DNA of 64,000 nucleotides, from positions 1-64,000 of the forward strand of contig VSIX01000003.1 of the NCBI GenBank assembly GCA_008086245.1, written 5' to 3'. Below are positions 19,307-29,874 of this stretch, piece by piece (within the stretch, counting starts at the first letter, position 1; each line of letters starts with the position of its first letter). The notes beneath the pieces are model-generated. The model searched no databases. It saw nothing but the letters and a program-made list of their open reading frames with translations, and had not been told where the DNA came from. Both the position numbers and the translations under genes were made by a program. This DNA is from Candidatus Mcinerneyibacterium aminivorans. GTDB lineage: Bacteria; Macinerneyibacteriota; Macinerneyibacteria; Macinerneyibacteriales; Macinerneyibacteriaceae.

Positions 19307-21022
19307 ATGAAGATTGGTGAAATATTAATTGAAGAAGGAATAATAACTGAGAAACAGCTTAAAAAAGCACTGAAAGAACAAAAATCTACTAATGAACATC
19401 TGGGTACAATTCTTGTAAGAATGGGATATGTTTCTGAATCGGTTTTAACAAACATGCTGGGAAAACAGATGGATGTTGCTTCAGTTGATTTAACTAATTT
19501 TGAAATTGATGAAAATATCCTAAGGGAAATCCCCGAAGAAATTGCAAGAAAGTATAATGTTATTCCTCTTCATAGAATGGGACATACTATCACAGTTGCC
19601 ATGGTTGATCCAACAAATGTGATGGCCATAGATGATATTAAGTTTCATACAGGTTACAATATTGAACCTGTTGTTTCTGCTGAAGCATCGATCAAAAAAG
19701 CTATTAACAAATATTACGGGTCCTTAGAAGAGGAAACAAATGATATTGATGAGATGTCGGCTTCTTTTACTGATGTGGACCTGACAGAATTTGAAGTTGT
19801 GGATGAAGAGGAAGAAGAAAACATCAACCAGCAGGAATTGATGAATCAGGTTGAAGATGAACCTATAGTAAAGCTTGTTAGAAAGATAATTGTAAAAGCT
19901 GTTGTTCAAAATGCCAGCGATGTTCACATAGAACCTTATGAAAAATCTCTAAGGGTAAGATACAGAATTGATGGTATGTTACAAACTGTACTGGAACCTC
20001 CTAAAAAATTGCAATATGCAATATCTTCAAGAATAAAGATTCTGGCAAAGCTCGATATTGCAGAAAAAAGGATCCCTCAGGACGGTAGGGTGAAAATGAA
20101 AGTTAGCAGAAACAAGTATGTTGATTTACGTGTATCTATTCTGCCTACTGTTTTTGGTGAAAAAATTGTTATGCGGATTTTGGATAAAGATAATTTAATG
20201 CTTGATATGGCTGATTTGGGCTTTGCAGAGAATGAATTAAGAAAATTTAGAAAAGCAATTCAGGCTCCTTATGGAATTATTCTGGTAACAGGACCTACCG
20301 GGTCGGGGAAAACCACCACACTTTATTCAGCTTTACATCAGCTTAATGATGAAAGTGTGAATATTATGACTGCAGAAGATCCCGTGGAGTTTAATCTTCA
20401 GGGAATCAATCAGGTAAATGTTAAATCAGAAATTGGCTTAACTTTTGCAGCTTCTCTAAGGTCTTTTCTTAGACAGGATCCAGATATTATACTTGTTGGG
20501 GAGATGAGAGATTATGAAACTGCTGAAATAGGTATTAAAGCAGCATTAACAGGTCATTTGGTTTTATCAACACTGCATACAAATGATGCCCCATCTTCGG
20601 TTAATAGACTGGTTAATATGGGAGTGGAGCCTTTCTTAATTGCATCCTCTGTAGTTTTGATTATGGCCCAGAGGTTAATAAGAACATTGTGCGGGAATTG
20701 CAAGGAACAGTATAATCCTACAGAAGCAGAATTAAAGACTATTGGGATAGATCCATCAGAATCCGATCAGCACACATTTTTTAGGCCGAAAGGGTGCGAA
20801 AACTGTAACAATACAGGTTATAAAGGTAGAGCTGGAGTTTTTGAAGTTCTTTATATAACTGATAAAATTAGAAAAATAATATTAAATAGGGGTTCTTCTT
20901 TGGATATTAAAGAAGTTGCCAGAGAAGAAGGAATGAGAACCTTAAGAGAAAGTGCTGTAGAAAAATTTAAAAATGGATCAACAAGTTATGAGGAAGTAAT
21001 TGAAAAAACATTTGAGGATTAA
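19307..21022 (+). CDS. pilB: Type IV pilus assembly ATPase PilB (GspE family)
   Basis: GSPII-E N-terminal domain, Walker A GPTGSGKTTT, Asp/His boxes, tetracysteine CGNC...CENC; GGAGG RBS 8 nt upstream of ATG 19307. Confidence 0.85.
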   Translation: MKIGEILIEEGIITEKQLKKALKEQKSTNEHLGTILVRMGYVSESVLTNMLGKQMDVASVDLTNFEIDENILREIPEEIARKYNVIPLHRMGHTITVAMVDPTNVMAIDDIKFHTGYNIEPVVSAEASIKKAINKYYGSLEEETNDIDEMSASFTDVDLTEFEVVDEEEEENINQQELMNQVEDEPIVKLVRKIIVKAVVQNASDVHIEPYEKSLRVRYRIDGMLQTVLEPPKKLQYAISSRIKILAKLDIAEKRIPQDGRVKMKVSRNKYVDLRVSILPTVFGEKIVMRILDKDNLMLDMADLGFAENELRKFRKAIQAPYGIILVTGPTGSGKTTTLYSALHQLNDESVNIMTAEDPVEFNLQGINQVNVKSEIGLTFAASLRSFLRQDPDIILVGEMRDYETAEIGIKAALTGHLVLSTLHTNDAPSSVNRLVNMGVEPFLIASSVVLIMAQRLIRTLCGNCKEQYNPTEAELKTIGIDPSESDQHTFFRPKGCENCNNTGYKGRAGVFEVLYITDKIRKIILNRGSSLDIKEVAREEGMRTLRESAVEKFKNGSTSYEEVIEKTFED

Positions 21023-21045
21023 TATAATTAAATTGGGGTGTAAAT

Positions 21046-22206
21046 ATGGAAAATAATAGTTTTAATTCTGAAGATGACAGTTTAAATTTGAAAATTAATA
21101 AAGGTGGAAAGTTTAAAAATGAACAGGCAAAGAAAAAGAAAATTAATATAACAGAATTATTCCATTATATGAAAAAGAAAGATGCTTCTGACCTTCATAT
21201 TACGGTCGGGAAAAGACCAGTTGTTAGAGTACATGGGGAAATTGAGGAAGTACCAAATATGCCCGTATTGACACCCAAAACTGCTCATGCATTAATATAC
21301 AGTATTTTAACAGAAGCACAGAAGAAAGAATTTGAAGATACCAATGAATTAGATTTTTCATTCAGTGTGAAAGGTGTTTCAAGATTCAGGGGAAACGTAT
21401 ACAAGCAAAGGGGTACTCTTGGAATGGCTGTGAGAGCAATTCCCTATGAAATACAATCATTTAGTGATTTGGGATTACCGTCGGTTTTAAAAGACATGTG
21501 TAAAAAACCAAACGGGTTAATTTTAGTTACCGGGCCAACCGGATCCGGAAAAACCACCACACTTGCTTCAATGATTGATTACATAAATGAAAATAGGCAT
21601 GGGCATATTATTACCATTGAAGAGCCTATAGAATTTATTCATAGACATAAAAATTGTATTGTTAATCAAAGAGAGGTCGGTTCAGATACAAGTGAGTTTG
21701 CAGTAGCTCTAAAACACGTCTTACGACAGGACCCGGATTTTATTCTTATTGGTGAGCTCAGAGATTTGGAATCCATGGAAACAGCCCTTAAAATAGCAGA
21801 GACAGGTCATTTATGCCTTGCAAGTTTGCATACTAATTCGGCTGCTCAAACTATTTCAAGAATAATTGATATGTTTCCTGGTGATGAAAAACAACAGGTA
21901 AGAAGTCAACTGTCCTTTGTTATAGAGGGAATAGTTTCCCAGCAATTGATACCCTCTACGAGGGGCGGAAGGGTTTTAGCTTATGAAATTCTGGTAGCCA
22001 CCCCAGCAATACGAAATCTTATTAGGGAGGATAAACTTCAACAAATTCAATCACATATGCAAACCGGACAAAAATACGGAATGACAACATTAAATAATAT
22101 GTTATTTGATTTATATGAGAACAATAAGATTAGTTATGAAAATGCACTTAAAAGGTCACCAAATCCTGATGGGTTAATAAAGAAAATAAACAAAGCTGGA
22201 ATATAA
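21046..22206 (+). CDS. pilT: Twitching-motility (pilus retraction) ATPase PilT
   Basis: Walker A GPTGSGKTTT and PilT signature AIRNLIRE; about 33-aa N-terminal extension before the canonical INITELF start region. Confidence 0.85.
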   Translation: MENNSFNSEDDSLNLKINKGGKFKNEQAKKKKINITELFHYMKKKDASDLHITVGKRPVVRVHGEIEEVPNMPVLTPKTAHALIYSILTEAQKKEFEDTNELDFSFSVKGVSRFRGNVYKQRGTLGMAVRAIPYEIQSFSDLGLPSVLKDMCKKPNGLILVTGPTGSGKTTTLASMIDYINENRHGHIITIEEPIEFIHRHKNCIVNQREVGSDTSEFAVALKHVLRQDPDFILIGELRDLESMETALKIAETGHLCLASLHTNSAAQTISRIIDMFPGDEKQQVRSQLSFVIEGIVSQQLIPSTRGGRVLAYEILVATPAIRNLIREDKLQQIQSHMQTGQKYGMTTLNNMLFDLYENNKISYENALKRSPNPDGLIKKINKAGI

Positions 22207-22226
22207 GATAAACAGGGAGGTAAATA

Positions 22227-23423
22227 ATGCCTATTTATAAATATTCGGGTCGAATAAATAATCAAAAAACAGAAGGCGAAATTGAAGCAGAAAATGAAGA
22301 AGTTGCAAGAGATTTACTAAATAGTAAAAATATTGAAATAGAGACTCTTTTCAAGAAACCCAAAGAACTGAATTTTACTTTAGGTTCTGGTGTAAAAACA
22401 AAAGATATTGTTATTTTCACAAGACAGTTTTCTACCATGCTTGAGGCGGGTATTCCACTAGATGAATGTTTGGATATATTATCGACCCAGGTGGAAAATC
22501 AGCATCTTGCAAATATAGTAAAAGAGGTAAAAATAGATGTTGAAGGAGGTAAACCGCTGAATGAGAGTCTGGCCCAGCACCCAAAAGTTTTTAAAACTCT
22601 ATATACTTCTCTGGTTGAAGCAGGAGAAGAAGGGGGACTACTTACAAATGTATTGAATAGACTTTCAACATATATGGAAAAAAATGAAGAAACAAAAAGC
22701 AAAATTAAGTCTGCAATGATATATCCGGTTATTATTTTAATTATTGCTTTTACAGTTACATTTGGTTTGCTTTATTTTGTTATTCCAAAATTTCAGGAGA
22801 TGTTTTCTTCTTTTGATTCCGAGCTTCCCGGATTAACACAGATACTTATTGATACAAGTCAGTTTGCCCAGAAGAATTTTTTGCTTATTATTGGAGCAGT
22901 TATAGGATTTATTGTTGTTTTTATAGTGCTTAGTAAAACCGAAAAAGGCAGATGGATTATTGACAGCCTTCAGCTGAAATTACCAATTATAGGTAATTTA
23001 GCCCGAAAAGGAGCCGTTGCCAGATTTACAAGGACATTTGGGACTCTTATAGAAAGTGGTGTAGAAATATTGAGAGCCTTAGAAATCACGGCTAAGGTGG
23101 CGGGAAATGTTGTTATTGAAAAAGCAATACTTGATGCAAGACAGAGCATTTCCGGTGGGTCGGAAATATCAAAACCTTTAGCTGAATCAGGGGTTTTCCC
23201 CCCAATGGTGATACATATGATTGGAGCTGGGGAAAAATCCGGGGCGCTGGAAGAGATGCTGACCAAGATTGCCGATTTCTATGAAAAAGAGGTTGATAAT
23301 GCTCTTGAAGCGTTTACTTCTTCTTTAGAACCTATTTTAATTGTTTTTATAGGGGGAATCTTAGGTACCATTGTAATAGGTATGTTTATGCCTATCCTAA
23401 CAATGGCATCTGCAGTAGGTTAA
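22227..23423 (+). CDS. pilC: Type IV pilus platform protein PilC (GspF family)
   Basis: 398 aa, two GspF repeats, 3 TM segments. Confidence 0.85.
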   Translation: MPIYKYSGRINNQKTEGEIEAENEEVARDLLNSKNIEIETLFKKPKELNFTLGSGVKTKDIVIFTRQFSTMLEAGIPLDECLDILSTQVENQHLANIVKEVKIDVEGGKPLNESLAQHPKVFKTLYTSLVEAGEEGGLLTNVLNRLSTYMEKNEETKSKIKSAMIYPVIILIIAFTVTFGLLYFVIPKFQEMFSSFDSELPGLTQILIDTSQFAQKNFLLIIGAVIGFIVVFIVLSKTEKGRWIIDSLQLKLPIIGNLARKGAVARFTRTFGTLIESGVEILRALEITAKVAGNVVIEKAILDARQSISGGSEISKPLAESGVFPPMVIHMIGAGEKSGALEEMLTKIADFYEKEVDNALEAFTSSLEPILIVFIGGILGTIVIGMFMPILTMASAVG

Positions 23424-23504
23424 TAATAAATGATTGTCTTAATTTTCTTATTGACTTTTTGTCAGATATTGCTAATATAGTTTTAACAGATTTGGAGGTG
23501 TTTT

Positions 23505-24566
23505 ATGAATAAACAGGGAAAAAGTTATATACTATTGGATATTATTATAGTTATTTTACTGGCGGCGGTTATTATTTCTTTTATTTTACCATCTCGACAA
23601 ATAGATAAAGATTTAAAAGCTATTACAAATACAGAAAAAGCTCTTTCTGCTTTAAGTGCAGGAATTGATATGTATTATACAAGGATGGATGGTGAAATGC
23701 CTGGTGAAAAAGGAGAAGGTATTGAAGCAATTTATTCAATATTTGAAGATTTGAAAGAAGAAGAGATATGGAAAATTCTTGAGGTTAATCCAGATAAATT
23801 AAAAAATTATTTTGCAAAAGGGGTACCGGGTACAAAATATGAACCAGCTAAAGGAAGACAGGCTTATGAGATAGTGGCATTTTCAAAAGACAGAGCTCCT
23901 CATAAATTTATAATGGATGAGGAAGAGATTAAAAATATCGATCCCGAAAAAAAGTTAGTTGAAATTCTAGGTCAAATAGAGGGTTTAAATAAAGATATAA
24001 AAAATAAAATTAAGAAATTTAAACTAATTCAATCCAGAGGGGAAGATATTGAAAAGTTTATTGCTAATGCTAAAGAATATGAAAAAATTCTTGCAGAAGA
24101 TGATCTTTTTACAAATCTGGAAGAAAACCTGGAAAATGCTGAAAGTGTTGATGATGTAAATAAAAAGCTTTATAACAAAATTAGGAATACACTTAATAAT
24201 TTAAGAGTATCAATAAAAAAGGTTGAAAAGGTTAAGGAAAACTCAAAAGAAACTGTTAGAAGCATTGGAAAAATTGCCATTGATGCTGAAGATTATATGA
24301 AAGAACTTGAAGAAATTAAAAATTATGTTAAATCAGATAGATTAAAAGGAATGGCAAAAGAATTTTTGCAAAAAGCTGAGAAAACTAAAGATAGAGCTGA
24401 TGATGTTACAGATAAATTATATCCTCAGGCTGAAGAACTGGCTAAAAAAGTTGACGAAAAAAGTGATTTTCTCGAAGAATATAATGGCAAGTATCTTGAA
24501 TACAGAAATAAATTCCAGCCTTTAAACAATATGTATGCTGATATGCAAAATGAAAATGAAGAATAA
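23505..24566 (+). CDS. Bitopic membrane protein: short basic N-terminus, pilin-like hydrophobic helix, long charged coiled-coil ectodomain (pilus-associated hypothetical)
   Basis: MNKQGKSYILLDIIIVILLAAVIISFILPS resembles a degenerate class-III (prepilin-like) signal/TM; remainder is E/K-rich coiled coil; last gene of the pilBTC transcription unit before a strong terminator. Confidence 0.5.
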   Translation: MNKQGKSYILLDIIIVILLAAVIISFILPSRQIDKDLKAITNTEKALSALSAGIDMYYTRMDGEMPGEKGEGIEAIYSIFEDLKEEEIWKILEVNPDKLKNYFAKGVPGTKYEPAKGRQAYEIVAFSKDRAPHKFIMDEEEIKNIDPEKKLVEILGQIEGLNKDIKNKIKKFKLIQSRGEDIEKFIANAKEYEKILAEDDLFTNLEENLENAESVDDVNKKLYNKIRNTLNNLRVSIKKVEKVKENSKETVRSIGKIAIDAEDYMKELEEIKNYVKSDRLKGMAKEFLQKAEKTKDRADDVTDKLYPQAEELAKKVDEKSDFLEEYNGKYLEYRNKFQPLNNMYADMQNENEE

Positions 24567-24591
24567 TTAGAAGATATATATAAAAGTATTT

Positions 24592-24628
24592 CAGGGGCAG
24601 GTTTTATAACCTGCCCTTTTTTTTTTAA
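24592..24628 (+). terminator. Intrinsic terminator after the pil cluster
   Basis: GGGCAGG-TTTTATAA-CCTGCCC followed by a T10 run. Confidence 0.7.
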
Positions 24629-24981
24629 AAAAATCTGGAAAAATTATAAAAATCAGTAGTTTGTTCAATGAATAATGTCTATAAATCTAAATTTTATAAT
24701 TCTTTTTAAATAAGAATTTTGGTTTGTAAAACTTCAGAGAAAAATAATTCTAATAAGGTAATCAATGTTTAATCTACTCCGGTTTGTTTTTGAGTTTTAA
24801 TTTAATTATTTCTGTGATTTTCATCTTTTCTAATTAATATAATTTTATTATTATGATTATTTCCCAAAATAAAAACTCTTAAATAATAATTTTATATCTA
24901 TCTTAATCAAAGCATTAATGTTGAATTTATCTCTGACTTTACATCTATTATAATTTGACCTGTAAATTTTTAATAATAATC

Positions 24982-25009
24982 TTAACATATTCTTAACATT
25001 TTATTCATA
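24982..25009 (+). promoter_or_regulatory. Candidate Pho box (three direct TTAACA/TTCATA hexamers at 11-bp phasing) upstream of pstS
   Basis: TTAACA(24982-87)-N5-TTAACA(24993-98)-N5-TTCATA(25004-09), then a TATAAT-like -10 near 25032 and the GAAGGAGG RBS; matches the Gram-positive PhoP-type TT(A/C/T)A(C/T)A-N5 repeat logic. Confidence 0.4.
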
Positions 25010-25065
25010 AAACCTTAAATATTTGATTTTATAATTAAAATCGAATTAACGAAGGAGGTTAATTT

Positions 25066-25896
25066 ATGAGAAAAAAAATGAAAATAGTATTAGTTTTGAG
25101 TTTAGTTATGATGTTATCAATTATCTCAACAGTTAGTGTAAATGCTGGTTCGAGAGAAAGAGTACAGATTACAGGATCTACAACTGTTCTCCCGGTAGCC
25201 CAAAGAGCGGCTGAGGAATTTATGAACAAATATGATATTACGGTATCTGTAAGAGGTGGTGGTTCCGGGACAGGTATTTCAGCTTTAATAGATGGTAGAG
25301 CAGATATTGCAGATGCATCAAGACCTATGAAAAAAAAGGAACTCGAAATTGCTAAAAATAAAGGTGTTAATCCAAAGGAACATATTATTGCCAGAGACGG
25401 AATTGCTGTTGTAATAAACAATAATAATCCAGTTGATGAGCTTACTTTAGATGAAGTAAAAAAGATTTTTTCGGGAACAATAAAAAACTGGAAACAGGTA
25501 GGCGGTCCGGACAAAGGTATAGTTGTTGTATCCAGAGATTCTTCATCGGGCACATTTGAAGCTTTCAAAGAAATAGCTTTAGATGGTAATAAGTACAGTA
25601 AAGATGCACTAAGATTAGGATCAAATAAGGCAGTTTCATCTACAGTTGCAAGATCTCCTTATGCGATTGGATACATCGGTATGGCATATCTTTCAACTAG
25701 AGTTAAGGCTCTTGCAGTTGATGGTGTTAAACCAACTATGAAGGCAGCTGGAAGCGGAGAATATAAAATTGCAAGACCTCTATTTATGTATACTGATGGT
25801 GAACCTACAGGTAACATTAAGAAATTTATCGACTTTGTATATTCTGAAGAAGGACAAAAAATAGCTAGAGAAGTAGGTTATGTGCCGGTAAAATAA
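25066..25896 (+). CDS. pstS: Phosphate ABC transporter substrate-binding protein
   Basis: Signal peptide; ITGSTTVLPV...SRDSSSGTFEAF motifs of PstS/PBP; 276 aa. Confidence 0.9.
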   Translation: MRKKMKIVLVLSLVMMLSIISTVSVNAGSRERVQITGSTTVLPVAQRAAEEFMNKYDITVSVRGGGSGTGISALIDGRADIADASRPMKKKELEIAKNKGVNPKEHIIARDGIAVVINNNNPVDELTLDEVKKIFSGTIKNWKQVGGPDKGIVVVSRDSSSGTFEAFKEIALDGNKYSKDALRLGSNKAVSSTVARSPYAIGYIGMAYLSTRVKALAVDGVKPTMKAAGSGEYKIARPLFMYTDGEPTGNIKKFIDFVYSEEGQKIAREVGYVPVK

Positions 25897-25966
25897 TCAA
25901 AATAGAAAATGTTTTACAGGGAGATAGATTGATCTATCTCCCTCTTTATGAAAGAAGGGATAAAAG

Positions 25967-26827
25967 ATGAATCATATTAAGGAGAAAATTTTTAAGTATA
26001 CAACTCTGATAGCAGCTTTATTTTCGATAATTTTCTTATTTGGTATTATAATAAGTATTTTTACACAGGGAATTCCAGCTTTTTCAGAAATTGGTATTTT
26101 TGATTTTATATTTGGGACTGAATGGAATCCCACTCATATTGAACCGTCTTTCGGCATTGCGGGATTAATTGTAAGTTCTCTTCTGGTTACTACTATCGCG
26201 CTTGTTTTTGCTGTTCCCCTCGGGGTGGGAGCGGCTCTTTATATTTCAGAAATTGCAAATAAAAAATTCAAAGAAATTTTAAAACCGGTAATAGAATTAT
26301 TAGCAGGAATACCATCAGTTATATACGGTTTATTTGGAATGACCGTACTGGCTCCATTTGTTAGGGAGCTGTTCGGAGTTCCTATTGGACTAAATGCCTT
26401 TACTGCAGGTATAATTCTTGCCATTATGGTTATTCCGATTATTGCAAGCATATCGGAGGATGCTATTAATTCGGTTCCTAATGAATTACGAGAGGCTTCA
26501 CTTGCACTGGGGGCAAATAACTGGGAGACAATAACAAAGGTAGTTTTACCCGCTTCCAAGTCGGGGGTTATTACAAGTATAATACTTGGATTTGGCAGGG
26601 CAATTGGAGAAACGATGGTTGTTTTAATGGTTGCCGGTGGTTCAATCGGTTTTCCAGATTCAATTTTTGACCCGGTTAGACCTATGACTTCTTCTATTGC
26701 TGCAGAAATGGGCGAAGCTACGCTGGGAAGTCTTCATTTTCATTCACTTTTTGCAATAGGAATTATTCTATTTATTATAACATTTATTTCAAATTTAATA
26801 ACTCATATAATAAAGGAGAAAAAATGA
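25967..26827 (+). CDS. pstC: Phosphate ABC transporter permease
   Basis: 6 TM; permease EAS-loop signature EASLALGANNWETI. Confidence 0.9.
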   Translation: MNHIKEKIFKYTTLIAALFSIIFLFGIIISIFTQGIPAFSEIGIFDFIFGTEWNPTHIEPSFGIAGLIVSSLLVTTIALVFAVPLGVGAALYISEIANKKFKEILKPVIELLAGIPSVIYGLFGMTVLAPFVRELFGVPIGLNAFTAGIILAIMVIPIIASISEDAINSVPNELREASLALGANNWETITKVVLPASKSGVITSIILGFGRAIGETMVVLMVAGGSIGFPDSIFDPVRPMTSSIAAEMGEATLGSLHFHSLFAIGIILFIITFISNLITHIIKEKK

Positions 26828-27684
26828 AGATTTCAAAAAGAGATATTAAAAGTTTTATAGGTACAAATGTATTAAGATTTGCTACTATATTTGGATTGAT
26901 TTTTTTAGCTATATTTTTATATACAATATTTTCAAGAGGCGGAAGTGTAATATCTCTTTCTTTTTTAACTGAAGTTCCCAAAAAGGGAATGACAGAAGGG
27001 GGGATTTATCCTGCAATTATAGGTACTTTAGCATTAACTTTAACTTCCATACTAATTGCATTTCCAATAGGATTATTTGCAGCAATTTATCTTGTAGAAT
27101 ATGCCGGGAAAAACTGGTTTGTTAGAAGTATTAGAGTGGCAATAGGAACATTATCAGCAGTACCTTCAATTATTTTTGGATTATTTGGGTTGACCGTATT
27201 TGTCGTGTTTTTTGATCTGGGAGTTAGTATTTTATCAGGAGCATTAACTCTGGCTGTAATGGTTTTACCCTATATAATCAAAACAAGCGAAGAAGCTTTA
27301 AAAGCAGTACCCCAATCCTTTAGAGAGGCATCTATAGCACTGGGAGCCAACAAAAGCAGAACTATTTTAAAGGTTGTTTTGCCAACAGCTTTTCAAAGTA
27401 TTATAACAGGTATAGTTGTAAGTATAGGAAGAGTAGCAGGAGAGACAGCCCCGATATTATTTACTGCAGCTACCTTTTATACAAGGGAATTACCGTCATC
27501 ATTTATGGATGAAGTAATGGCTCTTCCATATCATATTTATGCTTTAATGACAGAGGGAACAAATCCTGTAAAACAGGAGCCAATGGCATATGGTACTGCA
27601 GTGGTTCTTCTGGCACTAGTATTAATTGTTAGTTTAGTAGCAATAATTTGGAGATACAATATTAGGAGGAAGAAAAAATGGTAA
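26824..27684 (+). CDS. pstA: Phosphate ABC transporter permease
   Basis: 6 TM; [14 protein letters not shown]. Confidence 0.9.
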   Translation: MKISKRDIKSFIGTNVLRFATIFGLIFLAIFLYTIFSRGGSVISLSFLTEVPKKGMTEGGIYPAIIGTLALTLTSILIAFPIGLFAAIYLVEYAGKNWFVRSIRVAIGTLSAVPSIIFGLFGLTVFVVFFDLGVSILSGALTLAVMVLPYIIKTSEEALKAVPQSFREASIALGANKSRTILKVVLPTAFQSIITGIVVSIGRVAGETAPILFTAATFYTRELPSSFMDEVMALPYHIYALMTEGTNPVKQEPMAYGTAVVLLALVLIVSLVAIIWRYNIRRKKKW

Positions 27685-28442
27685 AAAAAGAAAAAGGATT
27701 AACTATACAAAAATTTAATTTATGGTTTAGTGATAGTCATATATTAAAAGATGTGTCATTTTCAATTCCGGAAAATAAAGTTACTGCAATTATAGGCCCT
27801 TCGGGATGCGGAAAAAGCACGTTACTAAGATCAATTAATAGGATGAATGATTTAATTCCTGAAGCAAAAATAAAAGGGAAAATATTGATTGATAATGAAA
27901 ATATTTATAGAGAAAATATTGATTTAAACAATTTAAGAATGAAGGTGGGAATGGTTTTTCAAAAACCCAATCCTTTTCCCAAATCGATATATGATAATGT
28001 AGCATACGGGTTGAAGATAAAAGGAATTAGAAATAAAAATAAAGTGGATAGTATTGTTGAAAAAAGTTTAAAAGATGCCTGGCTTTGGAAAGAAGTTAAG
28101 GATCGTCTGGATGAATCCGCAATGGAGCTGTCAGGCGGTCAGCAGCAGAGATTGTGTATTGCCAGAGCCCTTGCAACAAATCCGGAAATTTTATTGCTGG
28201 ATGAGCCTACTTCTGCACTGGATCCCAAGTCTACAAAAAAAATTGAGGAACTTGTTCTTGAATTGAAGGATAATGTAACAGTTTTGCAGGTAACCCACAA
28301 TATTTCACAGGCTGCAAGAATTTCGGATTATACAGCTTTTCTTTATCTTGGAGAGTTAATTGAATACGGAAAAACGGATAAAATATTTACAGTTCCGGAG
28401 GACCAGAGAACAGAAGATTATCTTGAGGGTAAATTTGGTTGA
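27678..28442 (+). CDS. pstB: Phosphate ABC transporter ATP-binding protein
   Basis: Walker [10 protein letters not shown], signature LSGGQQQRL, Walker [12 protein letters not shown]. Confidence 0.9.
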   Translation: MVKKEKGLTIQKFNLWFSDSHILKDVSFSIPENKVTAIIGPSGCGKSTLLRSINRMNDLIPEAKIKGKILIDNENIYRENIDLNNLRMKVGMVFQKPNPFPKSIYDNVAYGLKIKGIRNKNKVDSIVEKSLKDAWLWKEVKDRLDESAMELSGGQQQRLCIARALATNPEILLLDEPTSALDPKSTKKIEELVLELKDNVTVLQVTHNISQAARISDYTAFLYLGELIEYGKTDKIFTVPEDQRTEDYLEGKFG

Positions 28443-28514
28443 TAATTTGGTTGTAGGTAGTTGTTTTTTAATATATTATATAATTAATAAAAATAAATAT
28501 TAGGAGGAAGTAGA

Positions 28515-29189
28515 ATGATTGTTGAAAAGAAATTAAATGAAATTAAGGAAAAATTGCTTTATGAGGCTAATATAACAAAAAAGATGATAAAATTTGCTCT
28601 TGAAGGAGTTTTATATAATAATAGGGAAAAGTTACATAATCAAATATTATGTAATGAAGAAAAGGTAAATGAAACAGAAATAAAGATAGATGAAAAGTCA
28701 GTATCTTTTATAGCCAGATACCAGCCTGAAGCAAGACATCTAAGAACAATTTTTACTGTTATTAAGATCAATAATGATTTGGAAAGAATAGCCGATTTGG
28801 CTGTTAATATTTCTGATAATTTTCTGAAACTTAATAGAAATGAAGATGATGATGTAATGTCCATGGTAAAAAATGTAGGAGAAAAAACACGTAAGATGCT
28901 TGAAATGAGTATAGATAGTTTTATGAACCAGGATATTGAATTAGCTGAAAAGGTTATTGAATCTGATGATGAGGTGGATGAAGGTGAAAAAGAGATTATG
29001 AAAAAACTGGTTGAGAAGCTAAAGAAAAGAAAAGATGCAACCCAGTTTGAATTCTATTATTACAGAATAGCTAAAAGTTTCGAGAGAATTGCCGACCTGT
29101 CTACTAATATTGCCGAGGATACTATTTATATGAGCCGTGGAAACATTGTAAAACATGCCAACAGAAAGGACAATAAAAACGATGAGTGA
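28515..29189 (+). CDS. phoU: Phosphate signalling complex protein PhoU
   Basis: Two PhoU repeats with conserved E/DxxxD...(R)IADL helices (LERIADLAVNI, FERIADLSTNI). Confidence 0.85.
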   Translation: MIVEKKLNEIKEKLLYEANITKKMIKFALEGVLYNNREKLHNQILCNEEKVNETEIKIDEKSVSFIARYQPEARHLRTIFTVIKINNDLERIADLAVNISDNFLKLNRNEDDDVMSMVKNVGEKTRKMLEMSIDSFMNQDIELAEKVIESDDEVDEGEKEIMKKLVEKLKKRKDATQFEFYYYRIAKSFERIADLSTNIAEDTIYMSRGNIVKHANRKDNKNDE

Positions 29190-29874
29190 TACTAAAATGA
29201 TTTATATCGTTGAAGATGAGGAAGATATTGCTGAACTTGTAAGTGTAAATCTGGAAAAATCCTCATTTAGAACTAAGAAGTTTTACGATATTTTTACTTT
29301 TAAAAACAAACTGGCGGTTGAGAAACCGGATTTAATAGTCCTTGATCTTATGCTTCCGGATGGAGACGGCCTGGATGTATGCAGGGATTTAAAGGAGAAT
29401 CCCGAATACAGGGACATACCTGTAATTATTCTAACTGCAAAATCTGAAGAGATGGACAAGGTACTGGGACTTGAACTGGGTGCAGATGATTATGTGACAA
29501 AACCTTTTTCACCAAGAGAACTTGTTGCCAGAGTTAAAAATATATTAAAAAGATTCAATAAAGTATTTGAAAATGAAAAGGAAATAATTAAAATCAGTGA
29601 TGAAATTAAAATCAATACCAAAAAACATGAAGTTGTAGTTGATAATGAGAAAATTGATTTAACAGCAACAGAATTTAAAATTCTAAAAATACTGGCAAAA
29701 AGAAAAGGCTGGGTTTTTAGCAGAGAACAGATATTAAATCGTTTATGGGGAAATGAGAAAAATGTTATAGATAGAACAGTCGATGTTCATATTAGACACC
29801 TCCGTAAAAAACTGGGAGATTCTAAAAATATTATCAAAAATGTGAGGGGTGTGGGATATAAAATAGATGTTTAA
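29182..29874 (+). CDS. phoB: OmpR-family response regulator (PhoB/PhoP-like)
   Basis: Receiver domain with DLMLPDGDG (phospho-Asp) and winged-helix C-terminus (VDVHIRHLRKKL...RGVGYK); start at ATG 29182 (track ORF starts 29155, overlapping phoU). Confidence 0.85.
   Translation: MSDTKMIYIVEDEEDIAELVSVNLEKSSFRTKKFYDIFTFKNKLAVEKPDLIVLDLMLPDGDGLDVCRDLKENPEYRDIPVIILTAKSEEMDKVLGLELGADDYVTKPFSPRELVARVKNILKRFNKVFENEKEIIKISDEIKINTKKHEVVVDNEKIDLTATEFKILKILAKRKGWVFSREQILNRLWGNEKNVIDRTVDVHIRHLRKKLGDSKNIIKNVRGVGYKIDV

Noticed and set aside
25059-25568. Minus-strand 169-aa ORF overlapping pstS
   Set aside because: It is antisense to an unmistakable PstS substrate-binding protein, has no RBS, and has a low-complexity Ser/Thr/Pro composition.
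28075-28266. 63-aa plus-strand ORF nested out-of-frame in pstB
   Set aside because: It is an alternative frame inside a conserved ABC ATPase, with no RBS.
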